Source of the DNA: Marsupella aquatica | Taxonomy: Eukaryota; Plantae; Marchantiophyta | NCBI GenBank assembly: GCA_973895155.1 | Contig: OZ316893.1 | Location: 14,042,645 to 14,106,644 of the forward strand | DNA length: 64,000 bases | Direction: 5' to 3' | Part shown: positions 40,597 to 54,531 of the stretch, piece by piece | Position numbering within the stretch: position 1 is the stretch's first letter | Layout: the number at the start of each line of letters is the position of its first letter | Notes under the pieces: model-generated | What the model was told of the DNA's origin: nothing | What the model saw: the letters and a program-made list of their open reading frames with translations, nothing else | Databases searched by the model: none | Program-made: the position numbers and the translations under genes

Positions 40597-41390
40597 CAAG
40601 GTGGCCCATGAAGTTTTTGTGGTAACCAACAGGTCTAACACAAAGGGGAGGTACACCGGCAGAAGTCACGATAAAGTCTAATCCATTCTATCACTATCCA
40701 CATATAATTGAGAACAATAATCTTTTGTAATAGGAACAATGACACAGTTGTTGTTTGTTTAATAAAATATATTTAAACCCTTACTGACCAACACATAAGT
40801 ATTCTTTAATTGATGTTTTTCCATAAATATTTCAACAATTTGGAATACTGAACATCCACATTGACATGTTAGGTGTTTCAAATAATATGCATGAGCATAA
40901 CTATAATTGAGTTCCCCACTTTTTTCAAAGCTTCAAACTCACAAAAATCTTGACAAAATTACCAGTCCTATTATATTCATCTTCATTAGATACTCCCAAT
41001 TCAATTATTAATGTTTTCCCCTAACTAAAAATCTGGTTTGAGTTGTCCACTGCAATAAAACTAAAACCAAAATTTATAGAATTCTTGGTGTGTCAAGCTC
41101 TAATATTAAGCCTAATCATAACTCTCACAATGCAGTGAATTGATCCATGGGGTATAAGCTATTAACTTCCATCCTTCTTTCTCACTTGCAGAGTAGATTT
41201 GGTTAACAATTTGAGGAGCTTGTTTGCGTAAAAAAAAACCATCTGTAGATTTCTGGATCAAGTTCTCTCCATAATTCTCCTTTCATCAAATAAATTGTTG
41301 GCCCACAACTCACTCTCTCTACGAGCCCTTCATTTCAAGGTTTCCATTGGCAGGTCCCTGAGATTTGCCTCGTCAAATCTTAAGTCTTCA
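40597..41390 (-). pseudogene. Possible Crypton/DUF3504-type tyrosine-recombinase remnant
   Basis: Across frameshifts the minus strand gives ELWANNLFD, LQVRKKDGS..YP.GSIHCIV and HKNFMGHL, in the order expected for DUF3504-type proteins. Heavily decayed. Confidence 0.4.
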
Positions 41391-41608
41391 GGACATGATT
41401 GTCCCTTCTCACTGCCACTAGAGCTACCTCGTGAACAATACTAGAGTATGTACCAATTCTATTAAACCTAAGAGTCGACGTTAAACTCTTCCCTCACAAA
41501 CATTTTGTCCATCACCTATTATGGTTTTGATGTGGGGTACTATTCACTGTGAATGAATGATAAACATTAGATAGGGGGGGGGGGTTCAGTACATGGAGGG
41601 CCATACAG

Positions 41609-41732
41609 ATCTTCTAAGTAGTGAATTATCTGCATCCATTCCAGACTGAAACAAACAAATCCTTTTCCGTCCACTGAGTTTTCAGGACATGGAGTTCTGG
41701 AATGGATGCAGATAATTCACTACTTCGAAGAT
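41609..41732. repeat. 37-bp inverted repeat (1 mismatch); a further direct copy of the right arm lies at ~41923-41988
   Basis: atcttctaagtagtgaattatctgcatccattccaga ... tctggaatggatgcagataattcactacttcgaagat. Confidence 0.85.
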
Positions 41733-43335
41733 TTGCACTGAATAAAAATGTTTGTAGCAAAGATTTGCGTTTGTTTAAAGTCTTCCCCAAAATTATTTAA
41801 AACCTTAATAATTATTTCCTTGTACTTTATGAGTGACCCCCATTAGATACTAATACTCTTGGCACTGTATCCTCATTTACAAGAGATTTGTCCAGATAAA
41901 TTATGAGGGCAACTTTTTTGTTTCTGGAATGGATGCAGATAATCCACTACTTAGAAGATTTACACTGAATAAAAATGTTTGTAGCAAATATTATTTTTTC
42001 ACGTATTTTTTTCTTCAAAAAATTTAGTTCTTCATCTGACTAGAAATCAAGTGACAAACTTAAAGCACCAATTGACCTATAATTTATCTCTGGCCAGCCC
42101 CACGGAGTATGACAAGGAGACTGACCACTTTACACTTAACCATGAGAATCTGGCTGCAATGGACGGTCAAAGTTAAAAAGAATTAAAAAGAATTTGATTC
42201 ATTTGGCTATTTACCTGCATTTCCGTTACAGTAACAAGATTGAGGGCCTAAAAGTCAATTGCGAACTTAGATGGAATGGACTGAAGGTTCACATTTTGTA
42301 TGTACATTTTGAGATCTCCAGTGGCCGCAAATTCCTCAACACTCTCTGTGACAAAAACAACTCTGGGCCCTAAAACACAGGATTTCCAGTAGCTCCACAA
42401 GGGCAAATTACTCGAGAATTGCTCCTTCAAAAGCATTGATCTCAGAAAAATAGGATTTTGAAACAGTACTCTTGCAAATAAAATTCTCTGGTAGCTTAAC
42501 AACAGCAAAACTCTTTGGTAGCTTGGCATTGGCAAAACTACTGGAAATATTTGGTCCTTGTACATAACAAGAGCAATGCTCTATGAAAAACAAGATTTTG
42601 CAATAGCGTTCCAACAAGTCAGACAACCACTTCTCAAAATCTCAATACTCTAGAATCTCAACCCCATCTCAACTAAGGTAGTTTATAGAAAAACTACTAT
42701 CAATGCCTTCCGGAAATTGAGGTTCGTTTTATTTTTACCATTAAACCACAACTGCCCTTCAAAAGCTACGGGTTACCCATAGTTACCATTAAAAATAGAT
42801 TTTTCCTGAAATTGTGGAGCAAACTGGCATGCTAGAGGAGAACAGTGATTGAAGTATGGAAAAAGAGGGAGGTCTTGGACACTTCCCCTTATATAGGGGA
42901 AGTTGTGGTTTAAGCAAACTAGCTACTTGCAGCTCTATGAGGAAAATATGAAGCGCTTAAGTACTCTACTGAGAATTCCATTTATTATGGGTAAGGTCGT
43001 AAAAACCCAAATGACAATCATCAGGATACCTTAAACTTTATCTTTTCCTCTTACGAAACATGCACCTAAAGAATGGGATTAGTAACAAGCTGAACAGAGA
43101 AGTTGACTAGAATGATTGAAACCTATCTGCAAACATTAGTGATCTTCCCACTAATAAGGGACGTTATGGACAAAACTGTAAACAACAGTATCCAAGCATA
43201 TGTTCTTGTTTAAGTCAGGTCCATCTAAGTTTGACTGGTCCATAAGGGTTCTAAACAACATCAAAATAACTTTTATATATATGCAAAAGTGAAGCCCTCA
43301 TGGATCTCCATGTTGGACACAATGTTCCCTGGCTT

Positions 43336-46300
43336 TGTTAGATATTGCTCTAGTCTTGTGACTCTTGTGCTAACCATAGTTAGGCTAACTCGGGTTAGGA
43401 CTTAGCTAATGTTAGCGGTAGTGCTGTTGTGTATATAGCCAGGGCTGATGCCAGACCCTGGTGGAACTTAGGCTCATTGTTACGGAGCTAGTTGAGAGAT
43501 AGGGAGAGCTTGTGCCGTGGATGCTTGGTATGGCCGGTCGGCCTAGAGTGCAGTAAAGCTCTTGTGTGTTCCCGTGGATGTAGCCTCATGTGGAGGTGAA
43601 CCACGTATCTCTCTGTGTCGACTATTATGCGTTGGATGGTTCATGGGCTTGCCGTTACGAATGTCGTTCATGCTCAACAAGTGGTATCAGAGCATGCCTG
43701 GGAGGTGACGAGGTTTTTCCAGCGTTCATTGTCGATGGTACATTCGGAGTTTCATCGCATGAAACTCAAATGTATGTGGTTGTGCGGATAGGTTAGTGAG
43801 AGGGCTTTCTAACGGTGGTTAGAACTCGTTGATCTGTATCCGTGGTGCGGAGGATTTGATGTTTGCGTCGTTCAGGGTTTATTCGTGTTCGACGGTATTT
43901 CGGGGGAGAAACCAGAGATCGTTTCTTCAACGGTGTGAGCTGTGCGGTGTGCGGGGTGTCGCATGTGATAGTTCAAGTTGAAGGTTGGAGCGTGCTGATC
44001 GTTTTGGTATCTAGTTTGCTGACGTTTGCAGAACGAGTGCGTCGTGACGAGTGAAGGAGGCGTTCTGGTTTTTTGACAAGCTATGGTGCTTGTTTTTCCC
44101 TGAACCGGATTACTCGTTGTGACGCTTGACTTGGAGGAAGAAACACGAAGTGTTGAGGCTCAATGGAGAGATCGTGGCGAGATGGTCATTTTGAGTTCGG
44201 GATTGGCACTTGACGCGGAGTGAAGGCGACGCAACTGAAGTTCTTTCTCTGGTGGAGCTTCAGACGTGCCGGTGCAATTTGGAAACATTTTCATGTCGGC
44301 GGTCATCACTTTTCTCATTGGAAACCAAAGCGGAGGCGGCTGAGGTTTGTAACACGGCCTTTGTGTCATTTTGGGCACATTTTTAAGGTTAGTTTAGGGC
44401 ATTTTTTGCCCCAATACGGCCCCAATACCCGACAAACCAGGTTTGCCATACGCCCCGGCGTGCACACCGGCCTCCCACACCCCTTTAAGCATGAAAACGT
44501 GCTTTTTGGGGCCCAAATACGGCCAAAAACGCCCATATACGGCCCAAATATGCAAAAATACGCACATTTTGACCCCTTTAAACTCGTTTTTTCATGTTTT
44601 TTGTTGTTTATATGCGATTCTGGCCGCGAATACCCGCGCCTTTGCCAGGGGCTTTAAGACCCCTTTAGAGTGTGTTTTTTCTGAATTTTTTTTCTCTCCT
44701 CCTCCTCATTGGTTGTGCCTCATCCCGGGCCCTGTGACCCTCCGTTTTAACTGCTCCGACAGGGGGAACGGCCCTATTGGACTGTGCGGGAATATTCCCA
44801 AAAAAACAAAGAGCTGTTTTTTGGCCGTTCGACAAAGATTCCATCCGCCGAACGGTAACTTTTTTAGTTCTTTTTCGGCAAGGACGTTGCCATTGGAGTT
44901 AGCAACGCGCGCACCGATCACATCGCGATTCCGATGATGGGTTGTACTTGGTATTTTGGTTATTCTCCGAGGTGGTCAAAACGGGGGAGTTTCCCAAGGT
45001 TTTACCCACCCCGACCGAAATTTGAATAACTTTTCCGTCGAATTTTGATTTTGATTTTGGCTTTCAGTATTGGACTCCTAGCTTCGTGGGCTACGCGGCG
45101 GTGTTGAGTTTTGAGTTTTATGAGAAGTTTCAAAAAAAAATGTTTTTTCGTGATTGTTTCATATGAGTGACTCGGAGGATACTGGAAGAATTGGCGTCAG
45201 TGGAGCTTCAGGATTGCGACGATCAGACGGTGAGTCTGAGGAGGAGCTGCTACCGTTTGAAGAGGAACTAGTGACACCGGTACGATCACCGGTGCGGTGT
45301 GCAGTGGAGGAAGTTGTGTTACTACCAGAGCTGTCGGTAGTAGGGAAGAAGAGGGAGATGGCTAGATTCGGAGGAGTAAAGTTTGAGGTGGAGAAGTACG
45401 ATGGTCGTACTGACTACTTGCTGTGGGAGAAGCAAGTGAAGGGTGTTCTACGGGCCATGGGCTTAGCTCATCTGCTCTCTTTGCGAGAGCAGTATGATGG
45501 AGAGGAGGAGATTTCTTTGAGACAGTGGAGACAGTAGCAGGTGATTGCTGTCAATGCAGTGATGCTATATCTCAAGCCGCACATCATCAAGCAGCTGGAT
45601 GATTATGCGGATTGCACGTCACTGATCAAGGCTCTAAGAGAGAAGTACTATCGGGAAGATGCGTCAGACCGGCTGTACAAGAAGTCTCTCTTGATGAGCC
45701 TTAGGCTCAAGGAAGGAAGCAAGATGCAGGATCACCTGGATGAATTTGACAGTCTAGCGGTGGATCTGTCCAACTTGGGAAAAGGAGTTGAAGATGAGGA
45801 TAAGGCCTTGCTTCTGCTAAGCTCCTTATCGCCGTCTTATCAGGGCTTGAAACAGGTGCTCTTGTACAGAGATTTGAAGTCCATTTCGTATAATGAGGTG
45901 GTGAGCTCATTACTGTCTGATGATGCTCAGAAGAAGCTGGGTCAATCATAGACAACATCTTCTTCTAGCACTGCGCTGAATGTGAACAGGGGAAGAGCAA
46001 CGCAGCGCACGAATGGGCAGAACAGGTTTAGATCTACATCATGGGGGAGATCTAAATCCAGAGGGAAATCGCAAGAGAGAAAGCCTCTTGCATGTTGGAA
46101 TTGTGGCAAGCCTGGCCACATGAAAAGGGATTATCGACTAAAGGTCCCTACTGCCTCTGCTAATGCGGCATCAAGCTCACATGAGGTAGATTTACTCGAT
46201 GGTAATGACATATTGTGATGTCAAGGTTATGCTCTCAACGTAGTGTCAAATCCAGGTAGTGATGACTGGATTCTAGATAGTGCATGTACTTTTCACATTT

Positions 46301-49300
46301 GCTCTAGGAGAGATTGTTTCAGTTCTTACACGGTTTCCAACGGGTCAGTGTTGATGGGAAATGGAATCCCATGTCAAGTTGTTGGACTTGGATCTGTAAG
46401 ATTTCAGATGTTTGATGGTGTTGTGAGAACGTTGAGGAATGTGAGACATATTCCCAGCATGATGAAAAATCTCATTTCACTTGGAGTTTTAGAAGCAAAT
46501 GGCCATCACTGGAGCTCTGCTAATGGCATCCTTCAGGTTTCAACTGGTACTAAAGTTGTATTGAAGGGAAAGAGACATAGCAATCTATATGTTTTGGAGG
46601 GCAGTGTAGTTTGTGATGAAGCCAATGTAACCTTATCTCATGAGGAGACGGCCCGGCCGTGGCACTTCCGTTTGGGCTACATGAGTGAAAAAGGTTTGGT
46701 TATTCTTCAGAAGAAAGGATTACTTTCTAATTTGCAATCTTGTAAGTTTGAATTTTGTGAGCACTGTGTGCTAGGGAAGCAGCACAGGAAACCCTTCGGA
46801 GTTGGAACTCACACCAGCAAGGAGGTACTTGAGTATGTACATAGTGATGTGTGGGGTCCAACCCCTACTCCCTCACATTCTGGATGGTTATACTATGTCA
46901 CGTTCATAGATGATTACTCAAGGTATGTGTGGATATACTTTCTACACAATAAGTCTGATGTTTTTGCCACTTTTAAGGAATGGAAAGCCCAAGTTGAGAA
47001 TCAGACTGGTAATAAGGTGAGATATCTTTGATCAGATAACGGCGATGAATACAGTTCCGGGGAATTTGGAAAGTATTGTAAGGAGCAGGGGATTACCCGC
47101 CATCTCACAACAAGTTACACTCCTCAACATAATGGTGTTTCTGAGAGACTCAACCGAACACTATTGGACCGCTCGAGGAGTATGTTAAGTCAATCATGCT
47201 TACCACATGAGTTTTGGGCTGAAGCTGTCAACACTGCAGCTTATTTGGTAAATTTTTCTCCATCCAGCTCTATTGGATTCAAGACGCCATTTGAAATGAG
47301 GTACGGGCGTCCAGCAGATTACTCACATCTGAGGATTTTTGGATGTGATGCTTATGTGCTTACACCTTCCCATCTTCAATCCAAGCTGGAGTCCAAGTCG
47401 AAGAAGTGCATTTCCTTGGTTATCAGAAAGGTGTGAAGGGTTATAGGTTATGGGATCCAGTAAACCTGTAAGCTAATTGTCAGTAGAGATGTGTCCTTTA
47501 ATGAATCTAGATCATCAAAGGAGGGGGAGAGTTCTCAGGACTCCCATATTGACAAGGGGAAATCTCCCATCCCGGACCGAATTGAGGGGGAGATTAGTCA
47601 TGATGCAGTTCATAACAAGAGAGATGGAGAAGCTTCGGGCTTGGAGCTGGTTCCTGTGATGGAACAAGAGGAGAAAATTGTTATTGGGGTACCTCAAATT
47701 CAACCAGCAGCAGCAATAGATTAGCCTGAGTCATCTACTAGAAGAACTTCCAATCGTTCTACTAGAGCTCCTACCAGGTATGGTCAATGGGCAGACTCAT
47801 CTAAGCTAGATGATATTGACATTGCACCTGATGAAGATGATATTGGAAGAAGGAGAGCCTTCTTCGTATAGTGAGGCTTGTGCTTCAGAGCGGAAGCATG
47901 AGTGGAATGCAGCAATGCAGAGGGAGTTGAAATCTTTGAGTGACAACAAGACATGGGAGCTGGTGGAGCTTCCAAGAGGTCAGCAAGTGGTGGACAACAA
48001 GTGGATTTACAAGTTGAAGGATAGTCCTTTAGAGGGTGGAGACAAGATCTACAAGGCAAGGCTTGTTGCCAAGGGATTCACTCAGGAGAAAGGAGTGGAT
48101 TACAATGAGGTCTTTTCACCGGTTGCTAAATATTTCACAATTCGGATCTTGTGTCAGCTTGTTGTGTTTTTTAATCTGGTGATGGATCAGATGGATGTTG
48201 TTATTGCTTTTCTCTATGGCAACTTGGAAGAGATGATCTTCATGAGACAGCCACTAGGCTTTATGAAGAAGGGCCAAGAGAACTTAGTTTGCAGATTGCT
48301 CAAGTCCTTGTATGGATTGAAGCAGTCTCCCAGACAATGGAACAAGCGGTTTGATGATTTCATGCTTGCTCAAGGTTTTACAAGGATGGTGTATGATCCT
48401 TGTGTGTATACGAAATCAGTCAAGAATGATGTATTTGGTTTTATCATTCTGGTGATCTATGTGGATGACATGCTGATTGTGGCTAAAGATCAATCTGAGG
48501 TTGACAGTCTCAAGGCAAAATTGAGTGTTGAATTCAGGATGAAGGATCTTGGTAAGGCCAAGAGGATCTTAGGTATGGAGATTTTTAGGAACTCTGAGAC
48601 TAGACAGTTGTGCTTGATTCAAGGCCAGTATGCGAGGAAAGTACTTGCACGATTCAGCATGGAAAACTGTAAGCCAGTGAGTATTCCTTTAGCTTCACAT
48701 TTCAAGTTATCATCGGCTTTCTCTCATACGGATGCTGTGGAGAAAGGTCTGATGGCTAAGATTCCTTATGAGAAGGCAGTAGACAGTCTGATGTATTTGA
48801 TGACTTGTACTAGGCCTGACTTGGCCCTAGCGATGGGCAAGGTTAGCAGATTCATGTCAAATCCAGGGAAGATACATTGGGAAGCTGTGAAGTGGATTCT
48901 CAGGTATCTGAAGGGAACACAGGATTATGGATTACTATTTGATAACAGATCAAATAGAACGTTAGTTGGCTATGTAGATTCTGACTATGGAGGCTGTCTG
49001 GATACAAGGAGATCTACAACTAGGTTTGTATACACTCTTGGAGAAGGATGTATCAGTTGGAAATCTACCTTGCAGAAGTGCATATCTCAGTCTACTACAG
49101 AAGCAGAGTATGTTGCAGCAGTAGAAGCTACAAAGGAAACAATTTGGTTGGATAAGTTGATCGCAGAGATGGGTTTAGAGCATGGAAAAATGACTCTAAA
49201 CTGTGATAGTCAGAGTACTCTTCACTTGGCTACTAACCAGGTGATGGATAGCAGGGTGAAGCACATTGATATTAGGTATCATTTCATCAGGCAAGTAGTG

Positions 49301-49973
49301 TCTGATAAAACTTTTGAGCTAGTCAAGATTGATGGAAAGCTCAATCCTGCTAATGCTTTTACCAAAGTGATTCCTTTGGAGAGTTTCTCAAGACACCGTG
49401 CTACTTTGCAGGTTTTGCAATTGTAGTGCAAGTAGAGTTATTTAGAAATGTGTGACTATTTGTATATGGATTACTCCTGTTAGGCTACGGCTTAGTTCTA
49501 GTTAACCCTTAGTTAACCCTTGTGGTTTTTAGGGGGAGACCTGGTTTGGTGATTGTCTAGAACTTCCCGTTGAGGATTCCATATGGTAGCATTTAGTCCA
49601 GTCCCCAAGACAAGAGTCAAGGGGGAGTTTGTTAGATATTGCTCTAGTCTTGTGACTCTTGTGTTAACCATAGTTAGGCTAACTCGGGTTAGGACTTAGC
49701 TAATGTTAGCGGTAGTGCTGTTGTGTATATAGCCAGGGCTGATGCCAGACCCTGGTGGAACTTAGGCTCATTGTTATGGAGCTAGTTGAGAGATAGGGAG
49801 AGCTTGTGCCGTGGATGCTTGGTATGGCCGGTCGGCCTAGAGTGCAGTAAAGCTCTTGTGTGTTCCCGTGGACGTAGCCTCATGTGAAGGTGAACCACAT
49901 ATCTCTCTGTGTCGACTATTGTGCGTTGGATGGTTCATGGGCTTGCCGTTACGAATGTCGTCTATGCTCAACA
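43336..49973 (+). mobile_element. Full-length but decayed Ty1/copia LTR retrotransposon (Tnt1/Tork-like)
   Basis: 344-bp TG..CA LTRs (43336-43679, 49630-49973) with ~8 mismatches, GGCTT TSD, PBS TGGTATCAGAGC (tRNA-iMet) at 43682-43693, PPT aagggggag before the 3' LTR. Confidence 0.96.
45163..49426 (+). pseudogene. Copia gag-pol with several in-frame stops and frameshifts
   Basis: KFEVEKYDG gag start, CWNCGKPGH knuckle, WILDSACTFHIC protease, YVHSDVWGP integrase, YKARLVAKGF / SLYGLKQSPRQW / YVDDML RT, KHIDIRYHF RNase H. Stops end at 45537, 45951, 46218, 47031 and 47724. Confidence 0.93.
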
Positions 49974-50409
49974 GGCTTGTACCACATTTTGATACTCCAT
50001 GGGAGTTTTGGGCTTGTAGCTTGATGATTACAACTCCTAAAATAATTTTAGTTTTTCACCTGCAATGCAACTTCAGAAGGAGGCGACAAAAAAACACAAG
50101 TCCTAATATTTCATGTTAACATAAAACTAATGAAAATCAATCTAATAGAATTTACCCCTTTGCATTCCATGATAAATCGGATGATAAATAACTCCATCAA
50201 AATGGCCAAAATTCAATGTCACTCTTGATGGAAGTGAAGCTAACCTACTCCTATGACACATCACCAAAACTAAAAAATATTTGAATTTATGAACATCAAG
50301 TTATTACAATTAAGCTCAAATTTTAGGAAGTGTAACCTGGGGGGTTTCAAAAGATCAATGAATTGTGGTCCATGGGAGCATCATTTTAGTATCCATGCAT
50401 TTTTGTAAG

Positions 50410-51488
50410 CAGCTTTTTAGTAACCTGTCCCCCTAAATGCCCTAATTCACTATCAAGTCCCCAAAATGAATGTATTTGTCAGCCTGTCCCCCTTCCCGTA
50501 TATGGGTTAACAGTAACTCAATACTAGGTTATCGCTTCCACGTGGCAAGGCACAAGTGGCCAAGACTTTACCAGACAGGATCCCTGGTCGCTTCCTCCCC
50601 ACTCCCCATCATGAAGCACATTGGGCAGGCCCAGGACCAGGCAAAAAGGTCTCTTTGTGCCTGAAAGTCCCCTCACAAGCCGCAATACTTTTGCCCCATA
50701 CTTTCTGAACAGAAAAATGCGACTATTCTGCGTTTTGTGCATGCCCTCATTTTTTACCCAAAAAAATACTCAAATATATCTGCACACATTTCCCTCGGTA
50801 GTACCCTGCCATCTTTGGTTCATATTGCAATTAATCTTTGTGTTGGCTTAGGGCGACCTTCATGCTGGCTGAAGGGGATGCAGCAGCGACTGAGTGCTGG
50901 CTGAGGGCTATATACGCAGCAGCAGCAATTGAGTGCTGGCCGAGGGCAACACAGCAGCCATAGCTCGGTGCAGCACGGACAGCAGCTCTTCAGGCAACAT
51001 AAAATGATTCATTATCAACAAAAAAATGAGAACTGTTGCCTCCCAATTTTTTGGTCTCACATTGTTAGTGTGAGACGGCATGGCTGCTGAAGACATTGTG
51101 CAAGTCAAAATGGCTGTACAGTTCTGCTGCTAGCCTGAAGAGGTGCAAGATCTCTTGATAGTGCATTCTAGGATAGTTTCATTTCAGAAAATGTGGGGAA
51201 TGAAAAGTATGGGGGATTCATGGGGGAACATTCAGGCACAGTGACTTTTTTCCTGGTCTCGGACCTGCCTGATGTACTCTGCGGTGGGGAATGGGGAGGT
51301 ACTGACCGGGGATCCTGCCTGGCAAAGTCTCAGCCACTCGTGCCTTGCCATCTGGCAGTGGTGACCCAGTATTGCGTTACTGCTAACCCATATACGGGAA
51401 AGGGGCCAGGCTAATAAATACATTTGTTTTGGGGACTACTGTAGATAGTGAATTTGGGCATTTAGGGGGGCAGGTTACTAAAAAGCTG
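50410..51488. mobile_element. Non-autonomous long-TIR (MULE/foldback-like) element
   Basis: Diverged ~280-bp TIRs, cagctttttagtaacctg... / ...caggttactaaaaagctg. Flanks ttttgtaag / ttttgttaa resemble a 9-bp TSD. Confidence 0.8.
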
Positions 51489-54400
51489 TTTTGTTAAATA
51501 ACCTTAAACATCAAAATACAAAAACTGACACAGCATATAGCCGCCTGAAATCAGTCCCTCGTTAATTTGAACAAAACAAAATGTACATATATAAGTCCCC
51601 AGTGAATCTACTTTCATACTCACAAGATAATAATTAGTATGGCATGCTACGGTAGTAAGCATGTAGTCAGATATTTTGTTTCCAATTTAAATGATACTTT
51701 TTTCTGGTTTTATTGAAAACTATTTTACAACAGCAATTTAGTGGTATCTAAAGAGCATAAGGAGGTCTCCACTGTGGAACCCATTCACAAAATTCACAGC
51801 ATCCTAGCTCAATATCTTGTGCAATGCACAGCTGACGTTGTTGCACAAAAGATATTGTTGCATAAAAGATATAGTTGTGAAAAAAATGCAAAATTAAAAT
51901 TATGTCTTTGTGCAAGAGATATTGTGTAAAAAAGATGTTATGCAAAAGATGCTATTATATAAGATTTTGTTTTCTAAACTAAGAGATCGTTTCACAAAAG
52001 CAGTGTTGCAATCTTTAGAATTTCATTGGGTGAAGGACATCCTTGCATAAAAAGATGTTCTGTAAAAAATGTGAAACCAAAGCCGGGATGGACTGGAAGG
52101 TTGTCTGCCGTCATCCCCAATCCCATGGACTGTGACACATAAACCGAGCATTGTACACCTAATGATGAGAAAATCTAGGTAATAAATTTTCTCCTTAACT
52201 GTTTACCTACATTTCAATTAGGAAACTATGTGCACCTAAAAGTGAACTGAAAACATGCATGGAATGAAACATGTATTTGAGACCTCCGCGGCGGCAAAGT
52301 ATTTGAAGTGCTTATTGTAACAAGAGCAATGCTCTCTGAAAATAGTATTTCTCAACAATACCCTCTTAGATGAAAATCTGAGGTAGCTTTGCTGCAGCAA
52401 AAAAATAAGACAACCCCCCTTCTTAGCACAAGAGCAACACTCTATGGAAAATAAGGTTGCATCTCAAGAGCAATGCTCTATGAAAAAAAACCAAGATTTT
52501 CTACCACTTTTCTTAGTGAAAATTGTTATATATATTGGTTCACGGGTGATTGTGTTGCTTGTTTCCCCCTTTTGTGGGATTCTTACAATCTATTATAAAC
52601 ATAAAACATTCTTGAGGAAAAAATTGAGTTATTTTTGCTTTTGCTCATTGAACAAACAACTTGAGGCACTATGAGTAAATTGTGAAGTTAGAGCTTAGTC
52701 TACACATAATTTGATTTACCATAATAGCCACCTAAGGCCTACAAATACCTAAACATACATTACATATTTTACTTTTTTATACCTAAACATACCTTACATA
52801 TTAACTTTTTTTATTGAACTCTAAAAAAATGGTTAAAGTGACTCGCTTGAGGGAAAAGAATATTAAGAGAATACATCGAAGATCTGCCTGATACATGATA
52901 CCTTTGGACAAAACTGGACAGAGGTGGTGCTTTGACTCTTTGACAAGGTACTTTTGAACAGAAAGTGATGATTTGATTGTATTTTTGGACACAAGCCTAG
53001 AAAATAATATCCAAACATATCTGTGTTTGAGTCAAGTCCATCCAAGTGGTTTGTCCATGAGAGCTTCATAGGCAACATATCAGACTTTCCTGGCTTTAAG
53101 TTCAAAAAATGTACTCTAATTAGTAAATAATAAATTAGCTTTAAAGAGAATACAATGTACAAAGAACAAAAACATAGTCATACTGAAAAGCAAAGGGAAT
53201 GTACATGACAAAGTTTATATTCATTTCTGTATAGAACTACTGTACATACTCAAATGGAAGGGGGAAGCGGGAGTACCTGCATGGGAGGGGGGCAAGGATC
53301 CAGGAGGGTTTTTGTCCTCTTGGATCACTGCCCCTCCCACCTTTCCTGTTGATGCACAGGAGAGACGGGCCTAGAATCAAGCCTCGTCCTCCCCCTTTCT
53401 CTAGCCTCCCACTCCTTATTTTGCTTCCTAGTCTTTCCTTGGCACAGCAAATTTGTAAAAGAACCATGCTAAAACACCGTGACAAGACTATTTATTGTAG
53501 TAGTGCAAAAGTCTCATCATTTTGGCTGTCTGGGTTGTTGTTGTTATAAAAATGTTAATATCACTGACATTATTGTTAAAGCATTGTTGTTGGAGAGGCC
53601 GAGAGGGTGAAGGGTAAAGTACGGGAGATGCAAGATGGGTGATAGCTAGTGATCACCACATTGCGGAGTCCAAACAGGTGACGCAATATGAGGGAATCTT
53701 TTCGTTTTCATTTTAATGAATTAATGTATTTTCCAAGTTTTAGAATTTTAGAATTGGTCCTTTCAATTTTATTTTTAAATAATCTTCTTATTATGGGCAG
53801 GTATTGAGCAGGTCTGCGGCAGCTTGAGTATGTATCTGAGATAGGAGAGTGTCTTGGTGGATCTAGTGGTGCCTAAATTTTTATTTTTTTAATGAAGGAC
53901 CAGGTTTACCTCTGACTTTTCTCATTTTCAAAACAGACGATGGACACTTTTTGGCAGGAAAGGGAATTAAAGTGTTTGATAGGACATTATAAAGAGAGAA
54001 GGCAGAATAACAACTGTCAGAAGTCAATTTAACCAAAATCACAGAATTGATTCATTGAGGCTAGATGTGTCCCTACTACATTCATTAGCAAAAATTAGTT
54101 TGTGGACCCCATCTGCTTTTATTCGATTGAGATTGAATTGGAGCGCACTGCACAGGGCCCTCCTATGGTGAATCCGAAGTCAACAATGTTATTGCAGCAG
54201 CAAACAAACGCCAGTTCCACCTCCTTAAATGTAACCTCTTCCATTTTCTTGTGAACTTACTGTATTTCGGTCTGCTGTCTAGCTTGTCTCCTGCATTCAT
54301 CCATTCTTTAGTCATCTTGAGGCACAGTTTCCTGTTTGTAATGGTCAAAATTTCTGAACCTAATGTGCAGGACTTCTGCTTCGTAGAGAAAGGCAGGGAC

Positions 54401-54531
54401 GTCGTCAGCATTGTGTGCCGCTGTCGTGGGTCACCAAATGTGTCTTGCATCTAAATTGTAATAGTAATTTCCCCTGTTCAGTGTACCGCAGATTACTTAG
54501 AAACAGAACAGTCCCTTTCGTTCCTTCAAAG

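Noticed and set aside
46216-46218. In-frame TGA between gag and protease as programmed read-through
   Set aside because: The element has several other stops consistent with decay; the two cannot be told apart without sister copies.
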